Source: Candidatus Kaiserbacteria bacterium (GTDB lineage: Bacteria > Patescibacteriota > Minisyncoccia > Phycocordibacterales > UBA918). Taken from it: a stretch of 49,430 bases of DNA. Location of the stretch: positions 1-49,430 of the forward strand of contig JAGQMJ010000002.1 of NCBI GenBank assembly GCA_020428685.1, written 5' to 3'. The notes beneath the pieces were generated by a model, which did not search any database, was not told the DNA's origin, and saw only the letters and a program-made list of their open reading frames with translations. Within the stretch, counting starts at the first letter, position 1; each line of letters starts with the position of its first letter. Positions 16,702 through 25,041 of this stretch are shown in pieces. Position numbers and translations under genes: made by a program.

Positions 16702-18615
16702 ATGGCAAAAATACTAGGAATTGACTTAGGAACCACCAACTCAGCAATGGCTGTAATCGAAGCTGGTGAACCTGTAATCATTGAAAATAGCGAGGGAACA
16801 CGAACAACCCCTTCAATCGTTGCGATATCAAAGACAAATGAACGATTGGTCGGACAAATCGCCAAGCGACAAGCTGTTACCAATCCAACCAACACAATCT
16901 ACGGCATCAAGCGCTTCATGGGGCACTCTTTCGACGAGGAGGTTGTACAGAAAGATAAAGCGATTGTTCCATACGAAATCAAGCAAGGGAAAGACGGTGG
17001 AGCGATTGTTGTGATGGACGGCAAAGAATACCGTCCAGAAGAAGTTTCAGCGATGATTCTTTCAAAGCTAAAGGCAGACGCTGAAGCAAAGCTTGGAGAA
17101 AAGATTACTGAAGCTGTTATCACAGTACCAGCTTACTTCAATGACTCACAACGAAAAGCCACTCAAGACGCCGGAAAGATTGCTGGACTTGAAGTAAGAA
17201 GAATCATCAACGAGCCAACGGCTGCTGCTTTGGCATATGGTTTTAATAAGAAGAAAGACGAGAAAATCGTAGTGTACGATTTTGGTGGAGGAACTTTTGA
17301 CGTCACTGTTCTTGAGGTGGGCGATGATGTAGTGGAAGTACAGTCAACAGACGGTGACGCTCACATGGGAGGACGTGATATCGACCAAGGTATCGTAAGG
17401 TTCTTGATTGAAGAATTCAAAAAAGCATCAGGAGTTGATCTAGGTAAAGACAAGCTGGCTCTACAGCGACTAGATGAGTCAGCAGAAAAAGCGAAACTTG
17501 AACTTTCATCTACTACAGAAACAGACATCAATATTCCATTTATCTCTCAAGGTTCAGATGGCCCGCTTCACTTGGACATTAAACTAACTCGCTCAAAGCT
17601 AGAAGAGTTGGCACACGAATACGTGGACAAATCTATCGAGATTACCAAGCGAGCCATGGAGGCTTCAGGACTAAAGAAAGAGGAGATTGATGAGATTATC
17701 CTTGTTGGTGGACAGACACGAATGCCAGCCATCCAGAACGCTGTTAAGGCACTATTTGGTAAGGAGCCAAACCGAACTATCAACCCAGATGAGGTGGTAG
17801 CTCTTGGAGCGGCTATCCAGGCTGGTATTTTCCAAGGTGACGTGCAAGACATCACATTAGTAGACGTTATACCGCTTTCACTAGGTATCGAAACTATGGG
17901 CGGAGTCGGCACAAAACTAATCGAAAAGAACACTCATATCCCGACCAAGAAACAACAAGTATTCTCAACCGCTGCCGACAATCAAACCTCGACTGAGATT
18001 CACATCGTTCAAGGTGAGCGCCCAATGGCGGCCGACAACAAATCACTTGGTAAGTTTGTTTTAGACGGAATCCCGCCAGCTCCTCGTGGAGTACCGCAGG
18101 TAGAAGTTACATTTGATGTGGACAGTAACGGTGTTCTAAACGTAACCGCTAAAGACAAATCGACCGGAAAAGAGCAGTCTATCCGTATTGAAGCAAACTC
18201 AGGCTTGACCGAAGATGACATTGAGCGAATGAAGAAAGAAGCTGAAGATCATGCTGCTGACGACGAAAAGAAGAAAGAATTGATTGAGGTGAGAAATCAA
18301 GCTGAGCAACTAGTTTACACAGCCGAAAAAGCACTGAAAGATCACGAGAAAGAAGTTCCTGAAGATGTGAAGACAGAAATTAACGACAAGATAAAGGCGG
18401 TCAACGAAGCTAAAGGAAAGGAAGACAAGGCTGCTATCGAAACTGCCGTTGAAGCCCTCTCTACTTCACTACAAAAGATTGGTGAGATCATGCAGAAAGC
18501 CGCTGAAGCATCTCAGAAGGGAGAGGCGGCCGGAGGTGATTCAGACAAAAAGAAAGATGACGAGCCAGTGGTTCACGAAGCTGAAGAAACTAAGGACGAC
18601 GAAAAGAAGAACTAG
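16702..18615 (+). CDS. dnaK: molecular chaperone DnaK (Hsp70)
   Basis: [18 protein letters not shown] and VGGQTRMP motifs are present in a full-length 637-aa protein. Confidence 0.98.
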   Translation: MAKILGIDLGTTNSAMAVIEAGEPVIIENSEGTRTTPSIVAISKTNERLVGQIAKRQAVTNPTNTIYGIKRFMGHSFDEEVVQKDKAIVPYEIKQGKDGGAIVVMDGKEYRPEEVSAMILSKLKADAEAKLGEKITEAVITVPAYFNDSQRKATQDAGKIAGLEVRRIINEPTAAALAYGFNKKKDEKIVVYDFGGGTFDVTVLEVGDDVVEVQSTDGDAHMGGRDIDQGIVRFLIEEFKKASGVDLGKDKLALQRLDESAEKAKLELSSTTETDINIPFISQGSDGPLHLDIKLTRSKLEELAHEYVDKSIEITKRAMEASGLKKEEIDEIILVGGQTRMPAIQNAVKALFGKEPNRTINPDEVVALGAAIQAGIFQGDVQDITLVDVIPLSLGIETMGGVGTKLIEKNTHIPTKKQQVFSTAADNQTSTEIHIVQGERPMAADNKSLGKFVLDGIPPAPRGVPQVEVTFDVDSNGVLNVTAKDKSTGKEQSIRIEANSGLTEDDIERMKKEAEDHAADDEKKKELIEVRNQAEQLVYTAEKALKDHEKEVPEDVKTEINDKIKAVNEAKGKEDKAAIETAVEALSTSLQKIGEIMQKAAEASQKGEAAGGDSDKKKDDEPVVHEAEETKDDEKKN

Positions 18616-18625
18616 TGAGTTTTCA

Positions 18626-18656
18626 GTGGGCGGAAACGCTTCGCGTTTCCACCCAC
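18626..18656 (+). other. intercistronic hairpin between dnaK and dnaJ
   Basis: ggaaacgc-ttc-gcgtttcc forms the core, extended by ggg/ccc pairs. No T-tract follows. Confidence 0.45.
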
Positions 18657-18680
18657 CCTAAAACCCATTAAAGAAACAAC

Positions 18681-19748
18681 ATGAAAGATTATTACGAAAT
18701 ATTAGGCCTACAGAAAGGAGCGTCGCGTGACGAAGTTAAAAAAGCTTTTCGTAAAATGGCAGCCAAGTATCATCCAGACAAGAAAACTGGTGATGAAGAA
18801 AAGTACAAAGAAGTTACCGAAGCGTACGCAGTTTTAGGTGATGAAAAGAAAAAGGCAGAATACGACACCTATGGCCATGCATTCAATAATGCTGGTGGTG
18901 GCGGAGGAGGTTTCAACTGGCAGGATTTCCAAGGAGCGCAAGGAGGTTTTGGCGGACAAGGTTTTGAATTTGACCTCAATGATATTTTTGAAAACTTTGG
19001 CTTTGGCGGCGGCAATAGACAACAAGCTCAGCGCGGACGCGACGTCTCGATAGATATCAATCTAAATTTCCAAGAGTCTATTTTTGGTGTCACAAGAAAG
19101 TTGCTTATAACAAAAAATAATACCTGCATCCAATGCGATGGCACGGGAGCCAAGAAGGGAACCAGCATGGACAACTGCTCAACCTGTAGCGGCAATGGTA
19201 AAATCCGCGAAACTCGCCAGAGCATCATGGGTAGCTTCACCACGGTCCGTGAATGCAACACTTGTCACGGTAAAGGGAAAGTGCCAAAAGAACGCTGTGG
19301 CCATTGTGCTGGAGCTGGTGTCGCGCGGTCTGAAGAAGAAATCTCCATCAAAGTCCCTGCTGGTATCAACAACGGTGAAGTTATTCGTATGACCGGAAGA
19401 GGCGAAGCAACACCAAGTGGTCAGCCCGGCGACTTGTACATAAAAGTCCATGTCGAGCCACACAAGACCATCAGAAGGGAAGGTTCAACCCTTTCTACCA
19501 AACTCCCAATCAAACTCACAGACGCCCTTCTCGGAGCCTTGTATACTGTAGAAACCCTAGACGGAAACACCGAGATAAGAATCCCAGCTGGAATCACTCA
19601 CGGTGAACTAATCCGAATCAAAGAGAAAGGCGTACCGACCGACCGAGGCAGGGGAGACTTCATGGTAAAAGTTTCTATCGAAACACCTAAAAAACTTTCA
19701 CGAGCCGCTCAAAAACTAGTCGAACAACTCAAGGAAGAAGGAATATAA
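18681..19748 (+). CDS. dnaJ: molecular chaperone DnaJ
   Basis: A J-domain (YHPDK), a G/F-rich linker and four CxxCxGxG zinc-finger repeats are present. Confidence 0.95.
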   Translation: MKDYYEILGLQKGASRDEVKKAFRKMAAKYHPDKKTGDEEKYKEVTEAYAVLGDEKKKAEYDTYGHAFNNAGGGGGGFNWQDFQGAQGGFGGQGFEFDLNDIFENFGFGGGNRQQAQRGRDVSIDINLNFQESIFGVTRKLLITKNNTCIQCDGTGAKKGTSMDNCSTCSGNGKIRETRQSIMGSFTTVRECNTCHGKGKVPKERCGHCAGAGVARSEEEISIKVPAGINNGEVIRMTGRGEATPSGQPGDLYIKVHVEPHKTIRREGSTLSTKLPIKLTDALLGALYTVETLDGNTEIRIPAGITHGELIRIKEKGVPTDRGRGDFMVKVSIETPKKLSRAAQKLVEQLKEEGI

Positions 19749-19752
19749 AAAG

Positions 19753-19780
19753 AAAACCCGCCAATGCTTTGACGGGTTTT
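19753..19780. terminator. bidirectional intrinsic terminator (dnaJ on + strand, small membrane gene on - strand)
   Basis: aaaacccg...cgggtttt is a hairpin flanked by an A-tract and a T-tract. Confidence 0.7.
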
Positions 19781-19788
19781 GCGCGACG

Positions 19789-20019
19789 CTAGTTATCGCC
19801 ACTAGCGTCAGACTCGACCTCAATCAGACGTCGAGCCATGAGGGCGAACAGCGCCGAAACGAAAAAAATTCCGGCCGAAGCCAAATCCCTCAACTCTTTG
19901 GTACCGTATTGATGCTGGTACAAGTACCAGACACCCAAGACAGAGAGAGCGATTGCAAGCCACTTCAGTACCGAGCGCACCAGCTCGATACCTTTCTTTT
20001 CGCTGATATCATTTTGCAT
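19789..20019 (-). CDS. small two-TM membrane protein (76 aa), hypothetical
   Basis: SD GGAGGTG lies 4 nt before the ATG. It has its own TTGACA/TATAAT promoter and two hydrophobic helices. Confidence 0.6.
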   Translation of the reverse strand: MQNDISEKKGIELVRSVLKWLAIALSVLGVWYLYQHQYGTKELRDLASAGIFFVSALFALMARRLIEVESDASGDN

Positions 20020-20046
20020 AGGACACCTCCAAATTTATCTTTTTAT

Positions 20047-20074
20047 ATTATACACGTAAAATGCGTTTTGTCAA
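20047..20074 (-). promoter_or_regulatory. sigma70 promoter (minus strand)
   Basis: On the minus strand: TTGACA (20069-20074), a 16-nt spacer, then TATAAT (20047-20052). Confidence 0.6.
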
Positions 20075-20114
20075 TCTACGGCCCTGAATTATGATTTGAG
20101 GTGGCACGAAGACG

Positions 20115-20144
20115 AAAATAAAAGCCCCCGAAATAAATCGGGGG
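20115..20144 (-). terminator. intrinsic terminator (minus strand)
   Basis: On the minus strand: cccccg-atttattt-cggggg followed by TTTTATTTT. Confidence 0.7.
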
Positions 20145-20171
20145 GGGTGTGAAAACTGCCGCAATTGCGTG

Positions 20172-20351
20172 TCACGATAGCTTATTCATGACGGTTGCTC
20201 CAGATGCAATCGCAAGCAACGTGACCAAGAAAATCACAGCATCCTTTTCCGCCTTCACCATATCTGCATCCTTGATGTAAAGGCAGAAACCAATGTAAAG
20301 CAAGAACGCAAGCCATCCGACGGCTTTCCAGAGAAACTTTTTCGTTAGCAT
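20172..20351 (-). CDS. small two-TM membrane protein (59 aa), hypothetical
   Basis: ATG20351 is preferred because GGGAG lies 5 nt upstream. The track start at 20363 is a TTG. Sequence is MLTKKFLWKAVGWLAFLLYIGF...VIFLVTLLAIASGATV. Confidence 0.5.
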   Translation of the reverse strand: MLTKKFLWKAVGWLAFLLYIGFCLYIKDADMVKAEKDAVIFLVTLLAIASGATVMNKLS

Positions 20352-20385
20352 GATTACTCCCAATGGGCCAAATGACGGAACAAGC

Positions 20386-20601
20386 TCAATCTTGTATGTT
20401 TCCGATTATTGAAAGAAGCAACAGAATCTCGAATGGGGTCAACAGCAGCAAAAACTGGACCTTCATGCCGTCAAGAACACTGCTGGCCAAATCAAACGAC
20501 GGACTAATCAAATACAATCCCGTCAGCGACAAGTAGATAACCAGCGCCATCACAACAACAGCACTCAAATCAAAAAACAAACTCTCCGTCTGAACATCCA
20601 T
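20386..20601 (-). CDS. small two-TM membrane protein (71 aa), hypothetical
   Basis: SD AGGAG lies 6 nt before the ATG, with a promoter upstream. Two hydrophobic helices are present. Confidence 0.5.
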   Translation of the reverse strand: MDVQTESLFFDLSAVVVMALVIYLSLTGLYLISPSFDLASSVLDGMKVQFLLLLTPFEILLLLSIIGNIQD

Positions 20602-20643
20602 GATGAGCTCCTGGCAAGTCAGTAAAAAGACTTTCTGCGAAAT

Positions 20644-20671
20644 ACTATACGTAATATTTGAAATTTGTCAA
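20644..20671 (-). promoter_or_regulatory. sigma70 promoter (minus strand)
   Basis: On the minus strand: TTGACA (20666-20671), a 16-nt spacer, then TATAGT (20644-20649). Confidence 0.6.
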
Positions 20672-20701
20672 AAAAGCAGGGTCGCTTGCGACCCTGCTTT
20701 T
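20670..20701 (-). terminator. intrinsic terminator for the 90-aa gene (hairpin also flanked by T on the + strand)
   Basis: gcagggtcg-cttg-cgaccctgc forms the stem, with an A6 tract on one side and T4 on the other. Confidence 0.7.
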
Positions 20702-20710
20702 CCTCCTCCG

Positions 20711-20983
20711 TCACTGCTCATCACGGGAGTCTTCAGGCACCGGCACAAAAGCTCCAATGAAGCACTGCTGAAAAACAAGAGCTATAGTCAGCGCTTCAGA
20801 AGTCGCCATTCGCACGTACACAGGCTGCATATGGATAGCAGCTGCCCACAGACCAAACACTGACGCATTTACATCCGTTGCCAGACCGACAGCTTTCTCA
20901 ACATTCTCCTTAGTCAAAGAAAAAATCGGCGCCACTGAATCAGGAACGCTATCCCATTCACCGAACAGGCAACCCTCAAGCAT
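20711..20983 (-). CDS. hypothetical 90-aa protein with hydrophobic C-terminal half
   Basis: SD AAGGAG lies 6 nt before the ATG, and a terminator follows. No recognisable family. Confidence 0.5.
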   Translation of the reverse strand: MLEGCLFGEWDSVPDSVAPIFSLTKENVEKAVGLATDVNASVFGLWAAAIHMQPVYVRMATSEALTIALVFQQCFIGAFVPVPEDSRDEQ

Positions 20984-21034
20984 GACAGTCTCCTTACGTG
21001 AACTACCTATTTTCAGTATATACTATTTATTAAT

Positions 21035-21454
21035 ATGAACCTACAGCCTCCACGTTTTGATTTTGAAAATAAAAAAATACCTGACTCAGATTTTACACTC
21101 CATGAGCAGATTATTGAAGATAGAGGCAGTAGATACTCAGTTAGTTATGGTCAAGTGAGAGGGAAGGACGATATAAAACTATTCCTCAAAAAGCTAAAGA
21201 CGAATAAGAAATACCAAAAAGCCACCCACAATACTTGGGCCGCTCGTATCACCAAAGACGGCATAATATACGAAACAAAGTCAGACGACGGAGAGACCGG
21301 TGCGGGCATGGTTATTTTGAAAGTAATGCAGAAGCAGGAAGTCTGCGACTGCATCATATGCGTCACACGGTGGTTTGGTGGAGTAAAACTAATGGGGGAC
21401 AGATTCAAACATGTCCAAGATGCTACCAAGTTTGCAGTCGACCAAATAGGGTAG
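21035..21454 (+). CDS. IMPACT/YigZ family protein (N-terminal UPF0029 domain only)
   Basis: EDRGSRYSV...ATHNTWAARI...DDGETGAGMVIL...VTRWFGGVKLMG matches the family. Confidence 0.7.
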   Translation: MNLQPPRFDFENKKIPDSDFTLHEQIIEDRGSRYSVSYGQVRGKDDIKLFLKKLKTNKKYQKATHNTWAARITKDGIIYETKSDDGETGAGMVILKVMQKQEVCDCIICVTRWFGGVKLMGDRFKHVQDATKFAVDQIG

Positions 21455-21494
21455 TTGTTAGTAATCAGTAATTACTTTTTACAATTCATTAAAC

Positions 21495-21500
21495 TATAAT
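21495..21500 (+). promoter_or_regulatory. -10 hexamer TATAAT, 6 nt before ATG21507
   Basis: TATAAT, spacer atttaa, then ATG. A weak -35 (TTACTT) lies at 17-nt spacing. Confidence 0.45.
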
Positions 21501-21506
21501 ATTTAA

Positions 21507-21992
21507 ATGACGTGGATTTATATATTTGATTTTCTGACCGAAATCGCATACTTTCTTTTTGTCTTCAGTCTTTTCATTTGCTTCGCTGTATTCAAAGGTC
21601 GGCAAGCAATCATGAACATAATCATCGGGCTCTACTTAGCTCTATTGATTTCAATAGAATTCCCCAACTACGACTACATATTTGGTGGGCTTGATGGCTC
21701 ACATTCTGTAGCGTGGGCCAAGCTGGTCTTTTTTGCAATCATCACAATCCTCACCACCATGCTTTGCTTCCGCATTATGCCGGACGAGTTCCGTGAAAAC
21801 AGATTTGAGAGTATGGGAAGAAAACTCATTCTTGCACTAGGAGCCACCACTTTAGTAATGGTTTTTAGTTTTCATGTTTTACCGGTAACTGAATTCCTCA
21901 CCCCAGGCACACCCCTTCAATCACTCTTCGCCCCTGAAGCTTACTTCTTCTGGTGGCTCCTTCTGCCACTCGTGGTGCTTTATATAGTTTAA
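21507..21992 (+). CDS. integral membrane protein (hypothetical, about 5 TM)
   Basis: The hydrophobicity pattern supports it. No family recognised. Confidence 0.5.
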   Translation: MTWIYIFDFLTEIAYFLFVFSLFICFAVFKGRQAIMNIIIGLYLALLISIEFPNYDYIFGGLDGSHSVAWAKLVFFAIITILTTMLCFRIMPDEFRENRFESMGRKLILALGATTLVMVFSFHVLPVTEFLTPGTPLQSLFAPEAYFFWWLLLPLVVLYIV

Positions 21993-22012
21993 ATTTACTT
22001 TTTTTGAAATCG

Positions 22013-22021
22013 TGTTATAAT
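22013..22021 (+). promoter_or_regulatory. extended -10 promoter TGtTATAAT (about 26-nt SD-less leader)
   Basis: TGtTATAAT lies upstream of ATG22054. No start codon sits at the predicted +1. Confidence 0.45.
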
Positions 22022-22053
22022 TGTATTAGTTAATATTTTATGGAACATCTATC

Positions 22054-22959
22054 ATGACTGGCTTTATACTTGCAGGAATAGCTTCATTTTTATGGGCAAT
22101 CGTTAATATTATCGACAAAAGTTTGGTCGAGAAATATTGTCAGGATGAGGGTGTGGGTCCACTTATTGTTCTCTCTGCTCTTTTCCCAACCATCCTTCTT
22201 CCTGTCTCACTTTTCATGGCAGAAGAGTCAATCTGGATCCCTTCAACCGACATAATGATTCTGATTTTTTCAGGCTTTCTAACTGTCAGTTGGATATCAC
22301 TGTATCTGAAGGCACTGTACGACGACGATGTGTCAATCGTAATGCCTTTAATGCAACTCACCCCAGTGTTTGCGCTCTTGCTCGGATTCCTATTCCTGGG
22401 CGAATGGCCTCCACTCATGAAATTGATTGCTGGTGGAGTAATCGTTATAGGTTCGCTTGTCCTAAGCATTGAGCAAACCACCGGCAAGATAAAAGGGAAG
22501 CTGCTCCTATCAATGGCCGGCGCATCTGCCATCATTGCACTTACGAACACTCTGTTCAAATTTGTAACTGTTGAAGAGACTTTTTGGGTAAGCATGTTTT
22601 GGCACAGTGTCGGTATTGTAATCATAGGCGTTGGGATTTATTCATTTCACAACAACTATAGAAGACAATTCCACACTTTTATCAAAAAGAACTGGGGGGT
22701 TGGATTATCGCTAAATGCAGTTAACGAATCATTGACTGTAGCTGGTGACGTTCTATTCACTTACGCGATTCTGCTTGCACCCCTAGCGCTAGTTCAATCA
22801 ATGGAAGCTTACCAACCGGTTTTCGTTTTCTTCATCGGGTTGATTCTAACCAAGATTTCGCCCGACATACTCAAGGAAGATACTGGTCGCAATGCGATTA
22901 TTCAAAAAGTGCTCGGCATTACACTGGTTGTGATCGGCACTGTTTGGATGCTAACGTAG
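22054..22959 (+). CDS. EamA/DMT-family transporter
   Basis: It is about 10 TM in two EamA-like halves. Confidence 0.75.
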   Translation: MTGFILAGIASFLWAIVNIIDKSLVEKYCQDEGVGPLIVLSALFPTILLPVSLFMAEESIWIPSTDIMILIFSGFLTVSWISLYLKALYDDDVSIVMPLMQLTPVFALLLGFLFLGEWPPLMKLIAGGVIVIGSLVLSIEQTTGKIKGKLLLSMAGASAIIALTNTLFKFVTVEETFWVSMFWHSVGIVIIGVGIYSFHNNYRRQFHTFIKKNWGVGLSLNAVNESLTVAGDVLFTYAILLAPLALVQSMEAYQPVFVFFIGLILTKISPDILKEDTGRNAIIQKVLGITLVVIGTVWMLT

Positions 22960-22971
22960 TCACAAAACAAG

Positions 22972-23003
22972 CACCCTGGTGACAAAGTCATCAGGGTGTT
23001 TTT
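22972..23003 (+). terminator. intrinsic terminator
   Basis: caccctggtgac-aaa-gtcatcagggtg forms a 12-bp stem with one G.U pair, followed by TTTTT. Confidence 0.8.
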
Positions 23004-23072
23004 AAATGTCTGAATAAGAAAGAATTCAGTCACAACCGTGTGTTAAAATTTTCACACAATAAACTTTGTAGT

Positions 23073-23555
23073 ATGAAAAAAATATCAGTTAGGGCCACCA
23101 CGGCCACAGCACCAACGGAACTTTCCGCCTTTGACAGAACTCTTTGCAAAATGGGTCTTGGCAATGCAAATTTGATACACCTTTCTTCAGTTGTACCAAA
23201 AGATTTTTCGGTCGAAGTAACTGAAAACAAACACACTCTGGACAAAAACCATCAGGGAGACAGGATGTACGTTGTGTACGCCGACAACCGAACCTCTACT
23301 GTTGGCGACAAAGTAGCAGCCGGCTTAGGCTGGGTACTAACTGATAGCGATGGAGGATGGGGATTGTTCGTAGAACATGTTGGTGAAACAGAGGATGATG
23401 TTCAAGAACTCATCAACAAGTCACTTACATCTATGATGGCAGATAGGCAGGAGTATGAGTGGGGCAACATTCAATCAAAAATCATCAGTACAGCATGTGA
23501 AAAAGAGCCAGTATGTGCACTAGTTTTAGCCACCTACAAGAGAGAAGACTGGTAA
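23073..23555 (+). CDS. pdaD: pyruvoyl-dependent arginine decarboxylase
   Basis: PTELSAFDRTLCKMGLGNANLIHLSSVVP contains the Ser-Ser self-cleavage site context. Size is about 160 aa. Confidence 0.8.
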   Translation: MKKISVRATTATAPTELSAFDRTLCKMGLGNANLIHLSSVVPKDFSVEVTENKHTLDKNHQGDRMYVVYADNRTSTVGDKVAAGLGWVLTDSDGGWGLFVEHVGETEDDVQELINKSLTSMMADRQEYEWGNIQSKIISTACEKEPVCALVLATYKREDW

Positions 23556-23561
23556 TTAATT

Positions 23562-24866
23562 ATGCGCATTCTACTTGTCTCTGGTGAACTGATTGCTTCT
23601 CCACTCTGTCATAGACTGATGAGTGAAGGACATGATTTTAAATTGTATATTAGAGACGATGCGAGAAGAGATTGTCTGGATGGAATCATACCTAAGGTTG
23701 AAAATTGGAAAGACGAACTAGAATGGGTAGGTAAAGATGGCTTGATAATTTTTGATGACTTGGATTACGGACAAGAACAAGACGATTTGCGAAAACAAGG
23801 TTACAAAGTTGTCGGAGGCTCTGCCGGTGGAGATGCGCTAGAATTAGACAGAGGTATCCTACATAAAGTTTTAAGCGATAGCGATCTGCCGACTCTCCCA
23901 TCATTTGATTTTGAATCAGCTGACGAAGCAATTGACCACATAAAGAAAAATCCTGATAGATGGGTAGTAAAACAAAGTAGCCACATCGGCATGCTCAATT
24001 ACGTGGGTGAGCTAGAAGACGGGAAGGATGCTATAGACACACTCCGAGGATATAAAGATAAAGGTATCACTCCCGTACACATACAAAAAAGAGCATTCGG
24101 AATTGAAGTTGGGGTTGCTAGATATTTTAACGGAAGCGACTGGGTTGGTCCAATTGAAATAAATCACGAACACAAACATTTATGCAATGAAGCAATCGGC
24201 CCACTCACCGCAGAGATGGGTACTGTCATCTGGTACTCAAATGATGAAAATTTGCCTTTATTTGCAAAAACTCTAGGAAAATTGAAAGACTATTTGATTA
24301 AGATAGACTATAGAGGTGATATAGACATAAACTGCATAGTTGACAAAGATACAGCCTGGCCGCTTGAAGCAACCGCAAGATTTGGCAGTCCATCAACCGC
24401 ACTGCAGTGCGCTATGCACAAATCTCCATGGGGTGACTTTTTAATGAGTGTAGCAGACGGAAAAAAATATAACCTTGAACATGAGGACGGGGTCGGAGTT
24501 GTAGTAGCAGTAGCCTTGCCACCGTTCCCATATCCACCAAATAGCGTTAGGGCAGAGACTCAAAAGAGCAACAACGAATATTTATACTTCAAGGAACCCC
24601 TGACCCTAGATGAGGAATGGCACGTACATTTAGAAGAAATATCTAAGAAGCAACATTTAGATGGGAGCGAGTACTTGTATTGGTCTGGAGAATTTGGTTA
24701 TGCACTGTACGTTACAGGAGTAGGTAAGGATATTCATGAAGCCAGAGATAGGGCCTACAAAATCATCAATAAAATTATATTACCCAAGAAGATATACAGA
24801 ACAGACATTGGCATCAAGTTTGCTGAACATGATCATGCAACGTTAAAAGAATGGGGATGGATTTAG
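23562..24866 (+). CDS. PurD-like ATP-grasp ligase (divergent phosphoribosylamine--glycine ligase homologue, substrate unknown)
   Basis: MRILLVSGE..., HEHKHL..GPLTAEMG (compare PurD QDHKR..GPNTGGMG) and ARFGSPST (compare RFGDPE). It starts 6 nt downstream of pdaD. Confidence 0.65.
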   Translation: MRILLVSGELIASPLCHRLMSEGHDFKLYIRDDARRDCLDGIIPKVENWKDELEWVGKDGLIIFDDLDYGQEQDDLRKQGYKVVGGSAGGDALELDRGILHKVLSDSDLPTLPSFDFESADEAIDHIKKNPDRWVVKQSSHIGMLNYVGELEDGKDAIDTLRGYKDKGITPVHIQKRAFGIEVGVARYFNGSDWVGPIEINHEHKHLCNEAIGPLTAEMGTVIWYSNDENLPLFAKTLGKLKDYLIKIDYRGDIDINCIVDKDTAWPLEATARFGSPSTALQCAMHKSPWGDFLMSVADGKKYNLEHEDGVGVVVAVALPPFPYPPNSVRAETQKSNNEYLYFKEPLTLDEEWHVHLEEISKKQHLDGSEYLYWSGEFGYALYVTGVGKDIHEARDRAYKIINKIILPKKIYRTDIGIKFAEHDHATLKEWGWI

Positions 24867-24901
24867 AGCTGTCGACAAATAACGATTATGAATATTTCAC
24901 A

Positions 24902-24910
24902 TGCTAATAT
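24902..24910 (+). promoter_or_regulatory. extended -10 promoter TGcTAATAT, 6 nt before ATG24917
   Basis: TGcTAATAT, spacer agagtc, then ATG. Confidence 0.5.
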
Positions 24911-24916
24911 AGAGTC

Positions 24917-25039
24917 ATGAAAAGTCTTACTCGACTTGTAAACGTTCTTTTAATCGGACTGATATCGCTATCAGTTCTAGCAACTATTTATCAAACATTT
25001 GTTACAGAAGACTTTACTATAACCTTCTCTGAAGAATAG
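24917..25039 (+). CDS. 40-aa single-TM micro-protein preceding the histidine kinase
   Basis: Hand translation gives MKSLTRLVNVLLIGLISLSVLATIYQTFVTEDFTITFSEE. It has the leaderless promoter layout, and its stop lies 2 nt before the kinase ATG. Confidence 0.4.
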   Translation: MKSLTRLVNVLLIGLISLSVLATIYQTFVTEDFTITFSEE

Positions 25040-25041
25040 TT

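Noticed and set aside
16689-18221. Several 60-120-aa antisense or out-of-frame ORFs inside dnaK. Similar ones occur inside alaS, dnaJ, pepA, aspS, gdh and others.
   Set aside because: They are embedded in strongly supported conserved genes. Such ORFs arise by chance on the opposite strand and have no start signals.
18890-19020. GGT/GGC-rich repetitive DNA.
   Set aside because: It encodes the normal G/F-rich linker of DnaJ. It is not a tandem repeat element or CRISPR-like array.
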